64,000 bases of DNA, from positions 235,478,001 to 235,542,000 of the forward strand of contig NC_058368.1 of NCBI RefSeq assembly GCF_018350175.1, written 5' to 3'. Shown in pieces: positions 13,343 to 26,197 of the stretch. The notes beneath the pieces were generated by a model. The model was not told where the DNA came from, ran no database searches, and worked only from the letters and a program-made list of their open reading frames with translations. This DNA comes from Felis catus (Eukaryota). The translations under genes and the position numbers were made by a program. Position 1 is the stretch's first letter. Each line of letters begins with the position of its first letter.

Positions 13343-15318
13343 CACGGGGAACGTCTACACTCGCAGCAGACAGACTCTAATAAGAAAGGCACATGCCCTC
13401 GAGGTTGCGCAAATGAAACTTGGCTTTTCTGCCCATGTAACCAGGAACAAGAAGTTGCCAGTATTCCGGGCAGGAGACAAATGTGCCTCACATCACGGAG
13501 GAAGACAAAACAACTTTTTACATTAAGATCTACTTCCCCAAGTCAACTGTTACAGTAACGATCCACAAGCACTACCGTCTGTAAGATAAGTTGATTCCTC
13601 TGTGTTTTGTCATAGACAGTCTTGCTTCACAGACTAAATAAATAGCTGATGTGAATTTGTTTCTCCTTTTACAGCACAAATAAAAACGGCCAAGGGTTAC
13701 TGAGCGCTTAGCACACGTACTGCGCTAAGAGCTTTTACGTGCATTCCCTCGACACACGCTCGCTCTCTGTTTACCCCCGAATAACCACACGGATGCCCAG
13801 CGGGATGTTCTGCATCCCCCTCCCAGCTCGTCCCACGGGAGCATCAGTGATGCGGGTGCCTCCTGGGGTCCCCTCCTCTTCCTCTCCCACTCCGTGGGCC
13901 GCGGCAGGGCCGGCCTCAGTGTGCCAGCGCCAGCCGCGTGGGAGATCTGAACCAGCTTGCTGGCTGCACGGCCCACGCCTTTCCGCAAGCTGCCGAGTGC
14001 ACTTCTAATCCTGGCCGACCCCGTCCACTCCGTCGAAGTGACGCACACAGCTGGGGCCGGGTAGTGCAAACTGCGGGACCCCGCGTGACATCGGGCCTCG
14101 GTTATCTGCGGGGGATGTTAGGAATCTCCCAGCAGGAAAGCATGGCATTCGTCTTACGGCCAAGCCTTAGGGCTGTCTCCAAAAGCCTTCTCCTTCGGAG
14201 AAAACCACACATACTCGAACACATGAGACGTAAACCCAAGAGCCAGATGGACGGGGGCCTTTGGATGTTGGGTAGATGACTCTGGGGGGACCTCACCATG
14301 TTTCTACCTGCTGTTTCCACACCCCGGTTCTAACTTTCCCTCGACTGGTCCATTTGCTCGGAACTTTGCCTTCTCTGTCAGCACACAAGGTCCTTGACAG
14401 AACTTACTTAATAGATTTTACCTAAGTTAAGCACAGAAGACATCAGAGAACATAGAGACGGTTTGAATGCAAATCCCTCAAAACCAGAAAGACAAACCGC
14501 AGGGAAGCACAGGAGGTCCATCGAGAAAACCAGCAGGCTGCACAGGTGACTTACAGGAAAAACGAGGGACCTTCTAACCCGTGTAGACGCTCCAGCCTCT
14601 CCTGCTTCCGGGTCTGAGCCCTGCATGGGTTACAGACGCAGAGAGGTCTGTTCTGGGGTCCCCACTATCAGTTCACATCTGAGTTAGGTGCTGCTTAAAA
14701 TCACCAAGCTGGCAGCCGGGCGCTGGTGACTTAGTCCCGGGCTGGGTGTTTTCTCGACGTCGCTTCCAGACAAGCCTCACCGGACAGACAGGCAGGCAGG
14801 CTGGACAGCAGGAGGGTGAACCGCTCGCGGACCTGCGGGGCGACGGCACACGCGCACTAACCATCCCCAGTTCTCTGGGGCTCTAGACTCGGACGAGTCT
14901 GCCTCCACAAGTAACTACGAAGGCTGGTTTCTCCTGCACCTGAAAATGACACGCGCACACTTCTCTTGGTCTACGTGAAGGGGATTCCTCTACGGCTAAC
15001 CTCCTAGCAGCTAACCAGCTGCTTTTGGGCGCCCCACATCAGTTCTTGCCCCAGCAAGAACTCAGCACGATATCTTAAGAGACCCTCAGTGCACATGGCA
15101 ACCCCTCTAAACATCCCTATCTTCACATGATGAGGTGTTGATCCAGGATCTAAGGTCACAGTGACGTCAACGCTGGGTCACTTGCAACACAGGTGCAGAA
15201 CGGGCTGTCCGGGAAGGAAGAAGGAGTCAAGTTTGCGCACCAACTCGACAGAAGGCTGCAGGAACCCTGGCTGTTCGGCCCTCTGTTTCCTTTGGACAGG
15301 ATGATCATGTTTTCTAAG

Positions 15319-15542
15319 TTTATTTATTTATTTGGAGAGAGAGGGAGAAAGAGAGAGAGTGTGTGTGCATGAGCAGGGGAGGGGCAGAGAGAAAGAGAGA
15401 GGGAAGAGAGAGAATCCCAAGCAGGCTCTGTGCTGTCAGCGCAGAGCCCAGCACGAGGTTCGAACTCACAAACCACGAGATCACAGCCTGATCTGAAACC
15501 AAGAGTCGGACGCTCCACCCACTGAGCCCCCCAAGTGCCCCC
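15319..15542 (-). mobile_element. Can-SINE
   Basis: tttatttatt tail, GA-rich segment, head ctgagccccccaagtgcccc. Confidence 0.9.
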
Positions 15543-16928
15543 GTATCCTGTATGGCTGTTTCTGCAGCCAGTGGTGCCCAGCTGGTGCCAGCCTCCCTCT
15601 GCCAACCTCAAGACTCTTCTCCGAGACTATCCAGGACTTTGTGCACTTGGTACGTCACCTCGGACACAGAGCCCACAGTGAGTGTCCAGCTCAGCACACG
15701 CATGGGGTGCACGGGCCGGCTGAGGGATATGAAGCGGGTGCCAAGGTGTGTGGCCATCCCAAAAACCTGCACGGTCCCAGGAAGGATCCCCGGGTGGGCG
15801 CCCGGTGCACTGGGGGTGACGGGTCCCAGGCGCCAGAGTCCTCGTGTCCGTTTCGACCAGCGTGTCTCCCCACCGCGGGCCGTGGGGTGTGGAGCTGAGG
15901 CAGCCGGGAGGCTTTGCGAGACGGTGCGTCCCCAGCCCCAGGGGTTCCCCCCTCGCCGTGGTGGGAGAAAAGCTGCCGACCTCTCAGATGCGGATAAGCC
16001 AACCCCGTCTCCATCCGGAGCCAGTGACCGGGGACCCGGACAGCTCAGAGACACAGGGAGGTGACGCCTCTCTCCCTCTTGCGTGTCCCTGTCTCCCGGA
16101 AAAGCATCATGCTTCTGAGGCACCTCTCAGCAAACCTGCAATCAGTTCGCCAGCGGCTGGACATCTTTAAGATCGAGGTGTTTGACATGATCTTGGGCCG
16201 ATTTTAGGGCCGTCGGCTGCGCAGAGAACCCAGCTGGGGTCAGACGCCTGTTGTGTTACTCAGAGGATTTTCACAGCCCCTCTGGGACGCGTCCCCCGTA
16301 AAGCTGAGGGGACCGAGCACCAGAGAGGTGAAGGGTGCGCCCAGGGTGTGACGGCTGGCGGCAGGGCCGGGCCATGGCCACTCGCAGGGGTCCTGTCTCG
16401 GGGCAACGGTGCTGGGGGGGGGGGACGGGGAGCCAGAGCGCCCCCTGGCTTTCTCAGCTCAGTCTCGCACGTGTGCATGTGTGTCTGTGCAAACACACGC
16501 GTGTACACGTGCGCCCTGCAGCCATCCACACTGCCCCGCACCACCTGGCCGGCCCGTGAACGGGTCCCTCCGACACGTTTCACACGGTAGGGCAAAGCAG
16601 ACCAGAGCAAAAGGCCCAGAGGCGGAGAGGGAAAACGCTGCTGTCGCCACGGTACACGATCGCTCCTGCCGGCCCGCAGTGATTGCGGTAAAAGTCAAGC
16701 CAATGGGATGCTGTCGCGAGAACTCCCGCTTCCATTCCCAAGAGCCTCGGGACCACTTCCCGCCAAACATACCCGTTCAGGAAGGTCTGGGTGCTTTTGC
16801 CTCTTCGCCGTCCCAGATGCCGTGGCAGCACGTGGCACTTCCATTCTCTAGACGCAGGCGCGCCAGAGGCTCGCCAAGTATATTCGCAAACCTGCGAGAC
16901 CTGTCTGGGCGACCACAGCCGTTCTTAC

Positions 16929-17055
16929 CTGGGAGGACAGGCGGACACTTTGCAGGAGACCACCCCTGTGACGGGTCGGGTGTGGGGATTGCAGAGAGAC
17001 GTATTCACTGGAAACCTCAGGTCTCTGTAGCAGCCTTCTCTGGTGGTCATGTGTC
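16929..17055 (-). CDS. ADAMTS16: ADAMTS16 coding exon (approx. exon 18): TSR2
   Basis: Translates (G)HMTTREGCYRDLRFPVNTSLCNPHTRPVTGVVSCKVSACPP(S/R). Acceptor tttcccgcag|GA; donor AG|gtaaga. 127 bp. Follows a 20.7-kb intron. Confidence 0.94.
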
Positions 17056-17719
17056 CTGCGGGAAACAGCGCAGCGCAGAACAAAGACTCAGACATGTGCC
17101 CCGTGGTAAAACACAGACAAAGAGCTAATGAAAGCTCTTTTGAAAAAGCGTCTACCATATGGGCATGTCTTTAAGTTCATAACCAATTAGCCAACTACTG
17201 ACCTACTAGGACTTTCCTGACCCGTCTTTGTCATTTTTATTAGTAAATTCCGTCAGTTCCAAGCCGTGCAGATTTCCCTCCTAGCTCTGAACATCGTTAA
17301 AGGCGACATGGGTCGTGTAATTGGTGCCAACAGACATTGGATGAAACATACCAGTTCTCTTCTGTTGTGTCCAGAGTTGGGAACACCGCCCACTTCTCCA
17401 AAGAAACACAGTATGCCTGGCTTGTGTTTCCACCCGAGAAGCAATCGGTAAGAAACCAGAAACGTAGACAAAACACACAAAGCTGTTTATCGCCAGAGAA
17501 CTCAGAGTTAAATATTGCCATGGTGGTAAGCTGACTAGAGACGTTTTCACAATCCTGACTAATGTGTTATATCGAATGAGTTAATGGAAATGACTGAAAC
17601 GAAAGCTCGTTTAATTCTCAGCCCCCCACTTACATCCCCAGGGCTGATTATGGCTTTGAAGACATGCCCAAATTTGTCCAATATTTCAATGCATTAAATT
17701 TACCAAAAAAGTGCTATTC

Positions 17720-17960
17720 TTTACATGATGCACCTAGGAGAGTCAAACTCAGAACGTTGGTTTGCCAACAAGAAGAATGTTGGGTAGAGAAGAAAACGGA
17801 GGGTCAGCGTTTAACGGGCACGTTGTCTGTTTGGGAAGATGAAAAAGATATGGACACGGACAGACGTGATGTCTGGACGGCAGTGTGAACGTACTTAACG
17901 CCACGGAGATGTGCGCTCAACAATGGTCACATGAATTTTCCGTGAGTCTATTTTACCGCC
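17720..17960 (+). mobile_element. Old L1M 3' UTR fragment
   Basis: gtgtgaacgtacttaacgccac...aacaatggt resembles L1MA/MB 3' ends. Confidence 0.55.
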
Positions 17961-18678
17961 ACACGAAGAGAACTCTAACTAGAGACCCATTTTGAAGGAG
18001 GATATTAAAGAGTTCATCCAACGGAGAGAAAAATAAAGAGAAAGCACCACACTAGTACTGATGAAAAATTAACGCAATGCAATCTATTAAGTTCTAGAAA
18101 TGATGTGGCCCCTCTGGCCCCCTGGTCCGCCGCCCCGGCACAACTCAGAGCGCCCTCCTGTACCCAACTTGATCCCCCCGCCAGGCAAGGAAAAGACCAA
18201 AGGAGTGGTGTCAGGGAGGAAACAGCAGGTCACGGACACAGGCACAGCCATCGCTCACGCTAGGGGCCGTGGGAAGACGAGTTCTTCTTTACTCAAGGAA
18301 AACTAAACGTCTCTAAAATACACACTTGACATTTTGGCTTCGCTTTGAAAGAAGGAATGAGACAAGTCAATGTCTTCAATGCAGAAAGGTACACTCTCTG
18401 GGGAACTGGTTTTCTTCAGTAGCCAGGGGAGGAGAGGAGTCCCTGGGTCTAACGGAACCACCACGCAAGCTCGTGTGTCTGAGCCCCAAACTACCCACTT
18501 CCTGGGGCCAGCCCGGAAGGTGCTGCTGTAAGACCACAGGTGGTGGTTTCACAGGACCCATGCAGTTTTATAAAAGTTTTCAGTTCTCTGCTAACTTTTC
18601 ACAATCATATTTCTAATCAAGCTGTGTAGTTTCTATTTGGTGCTCCCTGATGTAAATTTTGCAATTATTTCTTCCTAT

Positions 18679-18897
18679 TTTTTAAAATGTCTATTTATAT
18701 TTGAGAGAGGGAGAGAGAGAGAGAGATAGAGAGCGAGCGAGCAGAGGAGGGGCAGAGAGGGACACACAGAATCCAAAGCAGGCTCCAGGCTCCGAGCTGT
18801 CAGCACAGAACCGACTCAGGGTGTGAACTCACGGACCATGAGATCCTGACCCGAGCCAAAGTCAGACGCTCAACCAACTGAGCCACCCAGGCGCCCC
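18679..18897 (-). mobile_element. Can-SINE
   Basis: Ends ctgagccacccaggcgcccc; (GA)n segment. Confidence 0.9.
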
Positions 18898-18899
18898 GA

Positions 18900-19059
18900 T
18901 AGAAAATCTTATATATCAGTCGCTCCTCACACATCTAAGCCAGCTGTTTCTGCCCACACGTCCTGTCCCTGTACTTTAATAAAAACAACTGTTGGTACTG
19001 AAGATGTCTCAAGAATTATACCTTGGCCATGGCTCCGAACCCAACACCTGACCCCATCA
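18900..19059 (+). mobile_element. Possible ERV LTR 3' portion (R/U5)
   Basis: TATA-like cttatatat, aataaa at about 18978, ends ...catca. Family not assigned. Confidence 0.35.
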
Positions 19060-19848
19060 CGGGCACCTGCAGATTACAGACGCAGCGCTCCAAAACGCGA
19101 ACTTGGCATTGGACTCCACCTCAGAAGGAAGTGTGTCCCACGCTGTCCCACAGCGTCCTTGAGACAGTGACAGGCGGCCGTGTGTCCTGTCACTGTGTCA
19201 CACATGGCCCAGACACAGACACACAGACACTGGCATGCCTTCTCAAGACCTTGCAGGGGTGTGTCCATCCCCTCAGGAGGGAAAAGCAGGCTTTGCCCAG
19301 GATCCACTTCTGTTTCCCTGTGAGTGTTCCCAGGGGAGGGTCGTGCCCCCTGTCAGCTCTGGCTAAGGTCCCCTGGCTGCCTGCTGGACACACGGACCAG
19401 GCTGTTGAACAAATACACAAACACAGACCCATCCTTGCAAAGCAGGCTTCCTGAAACTCCACCTGCCCGGGGCCCGGGGTCTCCCGTGTGGTCAGTGGGG
19501 TCAGCCTCGTAGCCCCCGACTCGACGCCTTCCTCCAGGATTCCTCCTCCAGGTCCAATGTCAAACGGATCCCAAGGACCTTTCCTTTTAAACACACACAC
19601 TCTCATGCTGCTAGCAGATCAGAAGCCTACTTTTCTTGTTTTAAACTCGAGGCTTCCTAGCCCTGCCCTCCCAGTCGCTCTGTGTCCTTCGGCGGTGACC
19701 TCCCTGCTCCTCTGATTACAAAGCCGGTCCACAGGCTGTCTCCTCTCTCCCTGGAATTCGTCCTCCACTGCCATCCCCTCGGCACACCTGGCAGACTTCT
19801 TCTCCCCTTAAATCAGACCCAAACGCCCGCTCCTCTGGAGTCCTTTGG

Positions 19849-20034
19849 TCAGCGGCTCCTGGGCTTGAGTGGGCATCAGGACCCTCTTGGACGTGACACA
19901 CAGAATGCGGCGCCCACCCCAGAGTTCCTGATTCAGCGGGTCTGGGGTGGGGACTGAGGATTACGTTCCTCGCCAACACTCAGGTGTTTTGCTGCTGCTG
20001 GGAACGGGGACCACACTTTGAGAACCACCGCTCT
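19849..20034 (+). mobile_element. MER5A-like hAT-Charlie MITE
   Basis: ccccagagttcctgattcagcgggtctggggtgggg...ggggaccacactttgagaaccac is typical of MER5A. Confidence 0.75.
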
Positions 20035-20079
20035 AGGCAAACTCAGAAGCCAAGACCTTTGGGTCTGGGGCTACAGGGG

Positions 20080-20830
20080 TGTGAGAGAGTAAGAAGTCAG
20101 TGTTGGCTTTTTGTCTCCTCCGGGCACAAGGCTCCTAAAACCCTTAAGAACTCCTGAGCTATGAGAGTATCTTTTGTATGCTAATGAGTGACTGGAAGCT
20201 GGGGCCCTGGGGAGCTCAGGATGGGGCTGGTCTCCAGAAAGATCCAGGGAGGAATAAAGGATTAGAACTTTCAGCCCCACCTCTACCCTCCAGGGAAGGG
20301 AGAGGGGCTGGAGATTGAGCCAGCGATTTAATCAACCGGGGCTATGTTACAAAATCTCCACGGAAACCCTAAACCACGGGGCCCAGAGAGCTTCTGGGTG
20401 GTGAGCACATCGGCATTCTGAGAGGGTAGCACACCCCAAGTCCACAGGGACAGAGGCTGCACCACGAGAGACCCTTAGAGAAGTCTCCCTCTGTACCCTG
20501 TCCTCTGGTCCTTCACTCCTTTCCCTTCTAATAAATCAGTGCTCATGAGGACAGATGAACAAACCCGGAAAGGAGGGATCATGGGAAGCCCCAACTTTGT
20601 AGCCACGCAACACAGCAGTGGGGGCACCCCGGGCACCCAGTACTTGCGACTGGTGTTTGAAGGGGAAACAGCCTCCTGGGACTGAGCCCTTAACCCTCTA
20701 GAATCTGAGTGACTCCAGGTAGGTGGTGTCAGAACTGAACTGTAGGCATCCCGTTGGCTGCTGGAAAGTTGGTGGTTGTTCGTAACAAAGACTTGGCCAC
20801 CCACTTGGTGTCAGAAGACTGAGTAAAGAC
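20080..20830 (+). mobile_element. MER21-like solo LTR
   Basis: Motifs ctcctaaaaccctt, ggggctggagattgag, cttgcgactggtg, gggactgagcccttaacc and ggtgtcagaactgaa, plus an aataaa. Confidence 0.65.
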
Positions 20831-22359
20831 AGTCGAGACAAGGCTAGCTCAGGCTTGCGCTCATCCGTCCTGGCGAACGGTCACAGTGACCCTCTCGCTC
20901 TCAAAGCACGGGGGTGTGGGCAAGACACACGGTGCGTCCAAGGACAAGTTCGGTTAGGATGTACGTGTCATCCCTTGGGGCGTCTTTCTGGAGGGCAGAG
21001 AGCATGGGCCGCCTGGCTCTCTAATCCCTGTAGCGTGTGTGGGTCAGTCTGTCCCCGCGCTGCCAGGACGGGCCAATTTCATTACATTCGGTAGCTTCTA
21101 AGATCAGACATGTTAATAGTGGGGGAGCTAATGCTTGGCCAAAACATCATCAAAGTACAGGTGTTTTCCCTTCTTTATACATGACTTAGGACGAGCTGGG
21201 CACCGTGTGGATGACTCACCTGTATACGGATGCAGAGACGAAATGTGAGTCAATGTTTTATGAACCTGCTTTTCCACTTGCTAACAAGGAATAAGAAACT
21301 ATACAATTAGAAAAAAGAAACAAAAGTGTGTTTAAGCTGTTCTGCAAAGAATCTTGGGACTCCCGAAATTAAGCCCGTTTATCATGATGATCCAATTTGT
21401 ACGAGGCCACACTGAGCAACAGTACAATTTCCTGAAACTGCTAAGAGTTTGTGCTCTAAAGAAAAGAGAAGGAAAACTAATCTTTTCTCTCCATTTATGT
21501 GTCGATTTGAAAGGGTACTGTTTTATTCTTGAACCAAGCTCCTATGACTTTTTAGGAGGTGTGGCTCGATAAATAACAGCTTCAGTTTCATTTCCTGTTT
21601 TGAAATTAAAGATGTGAAATCCCGCTTCCGCTCAAGTCTCAACAAACCATCAGGCCTTAATGGCCACTGTTGGTTCCGGGCAAGTTATGGGCTCTCGATC
21701 AAGCAAATACGAAATGTGGTTCTACTCTGAAACAGAAAAAGAAGTTTACTTGATTAAAGTGCTTCTTTTTCTTTTTTATTGCGCACATTTGTTTGGCTTC
21801 ACCCCGGACGGCCTCATGTCTGTCAAGTCCCAAGGCTCTTACCTGTGAACTGGGTAAGGGGGAAATCTGGAGCTAGGAATTCCTGAAATAATTTAGGAAT
21901 GCACTCAATATATGTATATCTGTAACCCAAAGGAAAGTCTGATGCATGTGCACATTCCAACTCTGCCAGTTATTTTCTTAGCTAGTGATTTTGGAGGCTT
22001 TCCTTTGTCTTAGCGGGGCACCGCTGGCCTGTAGGGCAACAGCATTATCTGCTGGGAAGCATGGCGGCACCCATCGTAAGACTCGCGGCAAGACCCCGGA
22101 TCCTGCCCACTAAGTGCCAGGAGCGCTCACTCTCTAACATCGTGGCGATCATGCCTGCACACATTTCCAGGTGCCCCTTACGAGGGGGAGTGCACGTTTG
22201 CATTGACGACCCTGTAGAACATAAGCGGATAAGGAAGAAAAGTCTATGATTAGGAAAAGAAAGGGGGAATGCAACCCATTGCCTTGACCATTTTAGCAGT
22301 TCATAGAAATAGATCAAAATGGGAGGGTGAATGACATAGGCTCAAAACAATTCATTTAA

Positions 22360-23605
22360 GAAAAGAACAATGAGGAACAGGCTATAAAGCAGAATTCACG
22401 GGATGCAGCTAAAAGTAATACTCCGAGGACCATTCATAGCCTTAAATGCTCACACCGATAACCAAGACCAGAAACACAAGAAGGTAATGTCGAATGAGGA
22501 TGTGAGAAAAAGAGGATAGCCCGAGCAAGTGGAAAGAGTTGATCTAGACTGAAATGGAAATAAATGTATTAGAAAATGAACAGATGTCAAAATACTTGAT
22601 GCAAAATACTTGGGCAAACAAGTTATAAAAGGGAAAATGGAAAATCCAAGAGCTGACTTGGGGGGAGGGTTGTACTTGCTTGTCCGTGAGACTCTGGGTT
22701 AGATTCCCACCAATGCAGAAAGCAGAAGAGAGTTATGGCTGCGTCCCTACTCCCTGGCAGCAGCAGGCACAGGTACGGGCCCTGGCAGTCATGAGGTCTG
22801 CAGCCATGCAGGCACTTCCCTGGGAATCATCTGCGCCGAGGCTGGCTTGGCTCTGATCATCATGGGTGATTTCTGGAATGTTCCACAACCTCCTGATTCT
22901 TTAATAGCCAGAGTGAGAACTAATGGTGTCTTTCTCTCTGACCTTTACTCCTCCACCCTTTCCAGCTATTTTGTAAGCAAACGATCTTTTATATTAAATA
23001 CCTTCCTGTGTAACATGCCTAGAAAAGTTTCTGTTTTCCTGGCTCACCTGTCACTGATATGCCAGCCTAATGAAAAAATAAGGAACAAGCACAAATATGC
23101 AAGACACGAAATGAGAATAAGAAAATATGCACACTTAGAAGAAAGGAAGGCAACTTAATGAGGGCATTTTGGTCCAATTTGTAAACACAGCATTTACAAT
23201 ATTGCAGAAAAAGCTAGTTTTCTTAATGAGCAAAACTAACTCCAGAAGAGAGAAATAGTCTATGCAGTCTAATTACCATACACAGTACAAAACTGTATCG
23301 AAGACCTCATTCCTGAAAATATAACAGACTCAGACGCTTCAAATAGATTCTACTAAAAGTAAAAGAGAGAATGTCAATGCCAGCTAAATCATGCCAGAGC
23401 ATAAAAAAATAAGAAAGGTTTCCAACATTAAAAAAGTGCCTTTTAGCACACAAAAGAAAATTGTAGCCCCGTGATACTTAGTGATATTAATGCAAAAAAG
23501 GAAAATCAGTCGGGAGGACAGAATCAAGTAGCACACTGAAAAAAATAGAAGCTACGTCACCAGCTGTTGTTTCATAGTAGGAATGTCAGGATGGTTCAAT
23601 ACTAG
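22360..23605 (+). mobile_element. Degraded L1 ORF2 fragments interrupted by a probable ERVL-type LTR fragment (about 22670-23060)
   Basis: L1-like gggatgcagctaaaagta, catagccttaaatgct and ggatggttcaatactagg. The middle segment differs in composition and has LTR-like features. Confidence 0.5.
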
Positions 23606-23614
23606 GAAAAGCAG

Positions 23615-23809
23615 TTTTTTATTTTTATTATTTACATAAGAGAGAGGGGTGGGGAGGGGCAGAGAGAGAGGGAGACACAGAATCCGAAGCAGGCTCCAGG
23701 CTCTGAGCCATCAGCCCAGAGCCTGACGCGGGGCTCGAACCCATGAACTGTGAGATCGTGACCTGAGCCGAACTCAGATGCTCAACCTACTGAGCCACCC
23801 AGGCGCCCC
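23615..23809 (-). mobile_element. Can-SINE (SINEC_Fc-like)
   Basis: Ends ctgagccacccaggcgcccc. Confidence 0.92.
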
Positions 23810-23917
23810 TTTAATTTCTTAATTTTAAGAGATTGAGAACAAACATAAACTGCCCCATATATGTAATAATGTTTAGCACGTGACAAACTTACCCTCCATT
23901 TTGAAAAAAAAAGGTTA

Positions 23918-24135
23918 GGGGCGCCTGGGTGGCTCAGTCGGTTAAGCGGCCAACTTCAGCTCAGGTCACGATCTCGCGGTCTGTGAGTTCGAGCCCCGCG
24001 TCGGGCTCTGGGCTGACGGCTCAGAGCCTGGAGCCTGATTCTGATTCTGTATCTCCCTCTCTCTCTGCCCCTCCCCTGTTCATGCTCTGTCTCTCTCTGT
24101 CTCAAAAATAAATAAACGTTAAAAAAAATTTTTTT
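23918..24135 (+). mobile_element. Can-SINE (SINEC_Fc-like)
   Basis: Canonical head and tail; TSD gaaaaaaaaaggtta. Confidence 0.92.
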
Positions 24136-25899
24136 TGAAAAAAAAAGGTTAATAAAATAGGCAGCAGGTGAATATCTATTCTCATCAATATTTTGTGTAT
24201 TTGTACGAGTTTCTGTGTATATCTATGTTTCTAGATAGATATGGATAGAGATGTTTGTATGTCTATTCAAGCCAAGAAGCCAACATTATGGGAAACAGTG
24301 GAAAATTTCCCGTTAAGGGATGGAATAAAAAAGAACTTTACTCATGACCCCTGGAGTTAAGATGATTTTGGAGACGCTGGCTCATACAGTTAGACCAGCA
24401 GACGGGATATGAACATTACATCGGGGGAGCAGCTTCAGGAGGTATGATTATGTATCTAGAGAACTGATGGAGACAGAGAGAGAGAGGGGGCGACCGCAGG
24501 TTGGTGGGTAACCAGGGAAGATACAGCGAGGGACCCAGGCTGAGCTGAGATAGGGCACAGCCGCCCGTGGGAGGAATAGGCACCACGGCTGAGATGGCCT
24601 AAATCTGTTCCTGGGGGGGTGGGGGCCATCCCGGGGACCGTCCAGCAGGATGTTCCCAGGACCAGACCCAGGGGGCGCAGAGCTGCGCAGCGGAAGACAG
24701 CAAGGCCCCCGTGGTGAAAGTCAAGAGGGAACCTGGGGGAAAAGGGATCTGCTGTTTGCAGGATGGTGAGCAAGTGTCAGGAAGGAATGTGTTTGCAGAG
24801 GCAGGAGGCCCAAGGCCCTGGGGGGTGGTTGTGGGGGTAGGGGGGAGGCCGGAGAGGGACGGAAGATGGCCAGGGAAGTCCCGTGGGCTGTGGGGCACAG
24901 AGAGGGGCCATGGTGTCGGGACTGGAAGCCGTGTCAAAGGTGAGGGGCAGGAGGGTGCCAGTCGGTGGCTGGTGGGCGGGACAGAAGGAAAGGAATGTCG
25001 TCCTCATGAATAGGTGCGCAGGGAGGGCAGGAGAGACAGGGAGGGCGTGGGAGAAGGAAGGAGGAGTTGTCTGAAGGCTGAGGACGCCTGAGCACGTTTA
25101 GGGACCAGAAGGAGGGAGACACAGAAGGAGAGGAAGGGCCTGTCTGGTGGCGGCGAGGAATGCAGGTGACAAGGTGCAGGCTGTCGACGGAGCATCAGCT
25201 TTGGAAGGAGGAGCACGTCCTCTGGATCAAAGACAGGACTGAGCAAGGGGGACCCGTGGCCTGGTGGGGACAAGCGGGGCTGACATTCAGCCTCCCTGCG
25301 GAGGGGACCCGAGCTGCACGGGGACAGGGACGCACAGAGAAACCACAGAGCCCATCACACCATCTGCCACCCCGGGCCCGGCTTCCAGCTTGCTTCCGAG
25401 GGCAGGTGAAGTGCAGCCACAAAGACCAGGAGGTCTGGGACCGAGGGAGCAGGGACTCAGCTCTCCGGACACGGAAAGCACGTGGGCAGAGATGCTAACA
25501 GCCCGACTCTGGGCGTTGTCCAGGAAAGTTCTTGCCTGTAATCCTCCCCTCCTCACCATCCACTTAACCCGTCTTAATTCCCCTCCCAGAGAGCATCAAG
25601 CTGACCTCTGGCCATCACAGTCCCTGGTGGGCAACCTTCTGCTGCCACTTACTGGATCACTGCAGCGTTCACTGAAGTCCCTGTTCTTTCAGGGCCGGCT
25701 CTGCCCAGGGAAGCGGATTCCCCTGCGACTCCTGAGCGTGAGCGGTTCCGGCCGTGCCTCTGACGGCTGCCTGGGGCTCCGGGCAGGGGCCTGGCGACTG
25801 GGCTTTCTATACAACGTTAGGAGAGAAGTCCCCTCACGGAGACACAACAGCAGGGACTCCCTGCATGGGTTCTGAACTGTCGTGTGCTTCAAGAACACC

Positions 25900-26040
25900 G
25901 GGGGCATCGCAGAGGTCGTCTGCGGTCCCTCTGCGCCCTAGGGCTCCGGTTCCAGCAGGTGTGGGGCGGGCCCAAGGATCTGCATTGAACAAGTTCTCCA
26001 GTGAAGCCGAGGCTGCTGGCCTGGGGCCCCGCAATGCCCA
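25900..26040 (+). mobile_element. Degraded MER5-like MITE
   Basis: agcaggtgtggggcgggcccaaggatctgcattgaacaagttctccagtga. Confidence 0.5.
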
Positions 26041-26162
26041 CAGCACCTCAGACACTCTTCCAGAAGATCTCCCCTACCGTCGTCTTACTCTGGTAGGCAG
26101 CCGGATCCGAGGGTGAAATCACCTCCCTGCTCCATATCGGTGCCCACAAGCAAAAAAGACTC

Positions 26163-26165
26163 TGT

Positions 26166-26196
<31 letters not shown>
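26163..26196. repeat. (TG)n microsatellite
   Basis: tgtgtgcgtgtgcgtgtgtgtgtgtgtgtgtgtg. Confidence 0.9.

Positions 26197-26197
<1 letters not shown>

Noticed and set aside
1..16928. Further downstream ADAMTS16 exons (TSR3 onward, PLAC)
   Set aside because: I found no [15 protein letters not shown] peptide in the ORF track or by eye. The next exon probably lies beyond the left edge.
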